DNA from: Setoptus koraiensis
Taxonomy: Eukaryota; Animalia; Arthropoda
NCBI GenBank assembly: GCA_048013815.1
Contig: CM106585.1
Location: 6,944,001-7,008,000 of the forward strand
Direction of reading: 5' to 3'
Length of the DNA stretch: 64,000 nucleotides
The position numbers were made by a program, and so were the translations under genes. Under the pieces are notes generated by a model. That model searched no databases. It saw only the letters and a program-made list of their open reading frames with translations, and had not been told where the DNA came from. Of this stretch, positions 61,600-64,000 are shown piece by piece (the first letter of the stretch is position 1; each line of letters begins with the position of its first letter).

Positions 61600-62020
61600 A
61601 ACAAGGACGTATTCTCCTCGGGAGAAAATGTCGGGCGGACATCGCTGATTAAACATGAAATAGACCCCAGTGACCGGACGCCAATCAACCAACCGCTACG
61701 ACGGCCGAGAGATACATTATTGAACAAAATGTCCAAGGGATGTTAAACAAAAGAATCATCAGAGAGTCCCAATCTCCGTACAACAGCCCGATCGTACTCG
61801 TCCGAAAGAATGACGACACACTAAGATGCAGTATAGACTTTCGCGCAGTCAACAATAAAACGAGAAAGTAGGCTTTTCCTCTGCCAAGGCAAGAGTAGAT
61901 CCTGGAGGGGCTCGCAGGTTCAAAGTTTATCTCTACATTCGATTGCAATCAAAGCTTCTACCAAATCGAATTAGATGCAAGATCAAGAGAGACAACCGCC
62001 TTCTCTACGACAAACAAGTT
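61600..62020 (+). mobile_element. Ty3/gypsy reverse transcriptase N-terminal fragment, decayed
   Basis: KDVFS...KHEID...PINQP; frameshift; IIRESQSPYNSPIVLVRKNDDTLRCSIDFRAVN...FPLPR...STFDCNQSFYQI...TAFST, with stops. Confidence 0.88.
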
Positions 62021-63721
62021 ATACTGATCATAACAGTATGAGAGCGCTTAATTTTTCAAGTTAATGATTTCAGGTGTATAGATAGTTTCCTTAGTAGTAT
62101 CTCGTGGCAGACATCAGGAATTGATTAGACTTGTACAGACCATGTATGAATCTGTGCTAGCCGTCTCTAGGAAGTTTCATGGAAATATCCCGGTGAGAAC
62201 AATTTCGAAAATGGATCATACTCATTTACCCTTTGTGCCCGAAGAGGCCCATAGCGCCATTACTAGAAACAGAAAATTGATTAAACTTGCATAGATTGTA
62301 TATGGCACAGTGCTAGTTGTCTCTAGAGAGTTTCAAGAATTTATCCTGGTGAGAACAGTTCCGAAAATAGTTCATAATATGGAGCCCCTGCGGGGCCTGC
62401 ATGTTTAGTTTCATGATGATTGTCGCTGGGACCTAATCGCAACAACACCCAGTATTACTTGTCATCTACCACACATATATCAATTCATCGATTGCGAACC
62501 TTAACAAGTTATCATATTCTTACCCGAATTTTCCAACGATACTCGTTCACCCGAAAAACAAGTGATACTGATTCTACCAGTATCTCGAGCGCTTAATTTT
62601 TTGGATGGACGAGTATCGTTGGAATATAGATGCGAGTATGTGACAACATGTCGGAGATAAACATCTATGCCTGTCGATCAGAGTAGCCGAAAAGATGACA
62701 GAATAAATTCAAGTTCTCCAAATTTCTATCGCAGCATGATACACATGTCGATTGCTTGCGTACGGAATTTAGTAAGATTCTACTGGTCAGTACATCGTTG
62801 TGTGAGCATCCAATGCTGGACCAGATGAATTATGGTGCATGTTGCGCTTGGGTCACACTAACACCATACCACAATATTGAATATTCACACGCGCCACAAA
62901 TATTTACACATGTATTTATGGCCGCGCACTGGCCACTATTTTCATTGTGTTCACGTGCAACATCTATGATATACCCGTACGTATGTCATTGTACGTATGT
63001 GGCCTATGGACAAGAGGTCTCGGGTGAATGGCGTGCGCCAGGTATTTCAGGCCGCGGTTTTTGGTTGTGCGTTGCCAACGAACAACGGACTTTGGGTAGA
63101 AAGTTTGGATGTCACTGTTGCAAACGGCAGTTGCAACATGTTCATCTAAGGTGTCATTGGCGTGTCGTTTAGTTCAATGGGTGCAGGGCGTTTCAACTCA
63201 CAATTTAAGTGCGGATATCGTGTGAGGCCAGTTGTTTGCGATGGCCGATTTGGTCACACGATCGGGCCATCGCATAGTCAGTTTCGCCGCAATGAGTAAT
63301 CAAGTTAGACACACCAATCAGTCAATGGCGCACACTTTGTTACAGTGCATCAATTTCGAATTTCGAACTTCGAAATGTGACCATCGAACCTCGAATTGTC
63401 ACCAGCGAACTTCGAAATGTGACCATCGAACTCTGTACGAGCACCTGGAACTCGTATCGGAAATTCGAATTCTCAATTTCGAATTTTGAAGTTCGAAATG
63501 TGACCATCGAACTCAGGCAAATCTCAATAGAGATAACGTTGTTAACGTTTAGATACTTTAACACAGAGAAAAATCAAAATTCGTCCAAGTCAAATTCCCA
63601 TAGAGATAACATTGTTAACGTTTGGATACTTTAACACAGGGACTGACGTGAAATTGGCAAAGTCAAATCTCTATAGGGATAGCATTGTTAACGTTTAGAT
63701 ACCGTGAATGGTTGAGCAAAC

Positions 63722-63988
63722 CTCTTGGATGAAAAACTAAACCAAATTAGACGGCTGCAACAATTCCAAAGAACAAAATCCAACCAAAGAAGGAAAGCAA
63801 TGAGACAAATCAGGCGTGAGCTAATCAGGCTAAATAACAGGTTATCTTTGATGATGGAGAGGCGATGTCAGAAAAATAGCAAGGAACTCAAGCAAATGAA
63901 AGAAGACATTGAGAACCACCAACCTAGGATATCGCTGATGACTGAAGAAAGATTTGTTATGGTTGTAATAATTTGCAAGTTTTGTTAA
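63722..63988 (+). CDS. Basic coiled-coil ORF remnant, 5'-truncated by the long inverted repeat
   Basis: 88 open codons starting immediately after the right TIR, followed by AATAAA at ~63990. No ATG start; family unknown. Confidence 0.3.
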   Translation, partial: LLDEKLNQIRRLQQFQRTKSNQRRKAMRQIRRELIRLNNRLSLMMERRCQKNSKELKQMKEDIENHQPRISLMTEERFVMVVIICKFC

Positions 63989-64000
63989 AAATAAAGACAA

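Larger units (their letters stand above)
56306..63718. mobile_element. ~7.4-kb composite element bounded by long (~350 bp) imperfect inverted repeats containing 21-bp satellite units
   Basis: TGCTCAACCATTCA(A/C)GGTATCT(G/A)AACGTTAACAATG at 56306 is mirrored at 63718. Inverted arrays of GTTCGATGGTCACAATTCGAA lie at 56360-56660 and 63352-63522. AAC flanks both ends. Confidence 0.65.

Noticed and set aside
62756-63172. 138-aa ORF inside the composite element
   Set aside because: No recognisable motif on either strand and no ATG start.

Overview
Eukaryotic (animal) DNA. The compact genes, short introns and polyQ/N/S tracts suggest an arthropod, possibly an acariform mite; this is inference, not a database result. 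The window has four compartments. (1) 1-31.4 kb: microsatellite-rich, GC-richer DNA holding three minus-strand exons of a conserved tandem MATH/TRAF-like protein gene with a ~21.3-kb intron. (2) 31.6-37.2 kb: six genes in 5.5 kb - an orphan 72-aa ORF, RFXAP-like, SS18/SSXT-like only 28 nt after the RFXAP stop, a delta-COP lacking its mu-homology domain, a C-terminally shortened Prp31, and an RBMS/shep-like protein with two RRM1-type domains. (3) 38.4-51.5 kb: three intact 4-exon secreted acid-lipase paralogs with an unusual insertion/CxxC segment, plus a lipase pseudogene fragment and other decayed coding pieces. (4) 51.6-64 kb: transposon-dense DNA - a pogo/Tigger transposase split by a MITE that itself carries a solo LTR, a frameshifted DD37E Tc1-type transposase, and a ~7.4-kb long-inverted-repeat composite carrying Ty3/gypsy RT and integrase fragments and satellite arrays. 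No prokaryotic features, CRISPR arrays, rRNA or convincing tRNA genes were seen. Exon boundaries were read by hand from GT/AG sites and frame continuity. Family assignments come from remembered motifs, not searches.
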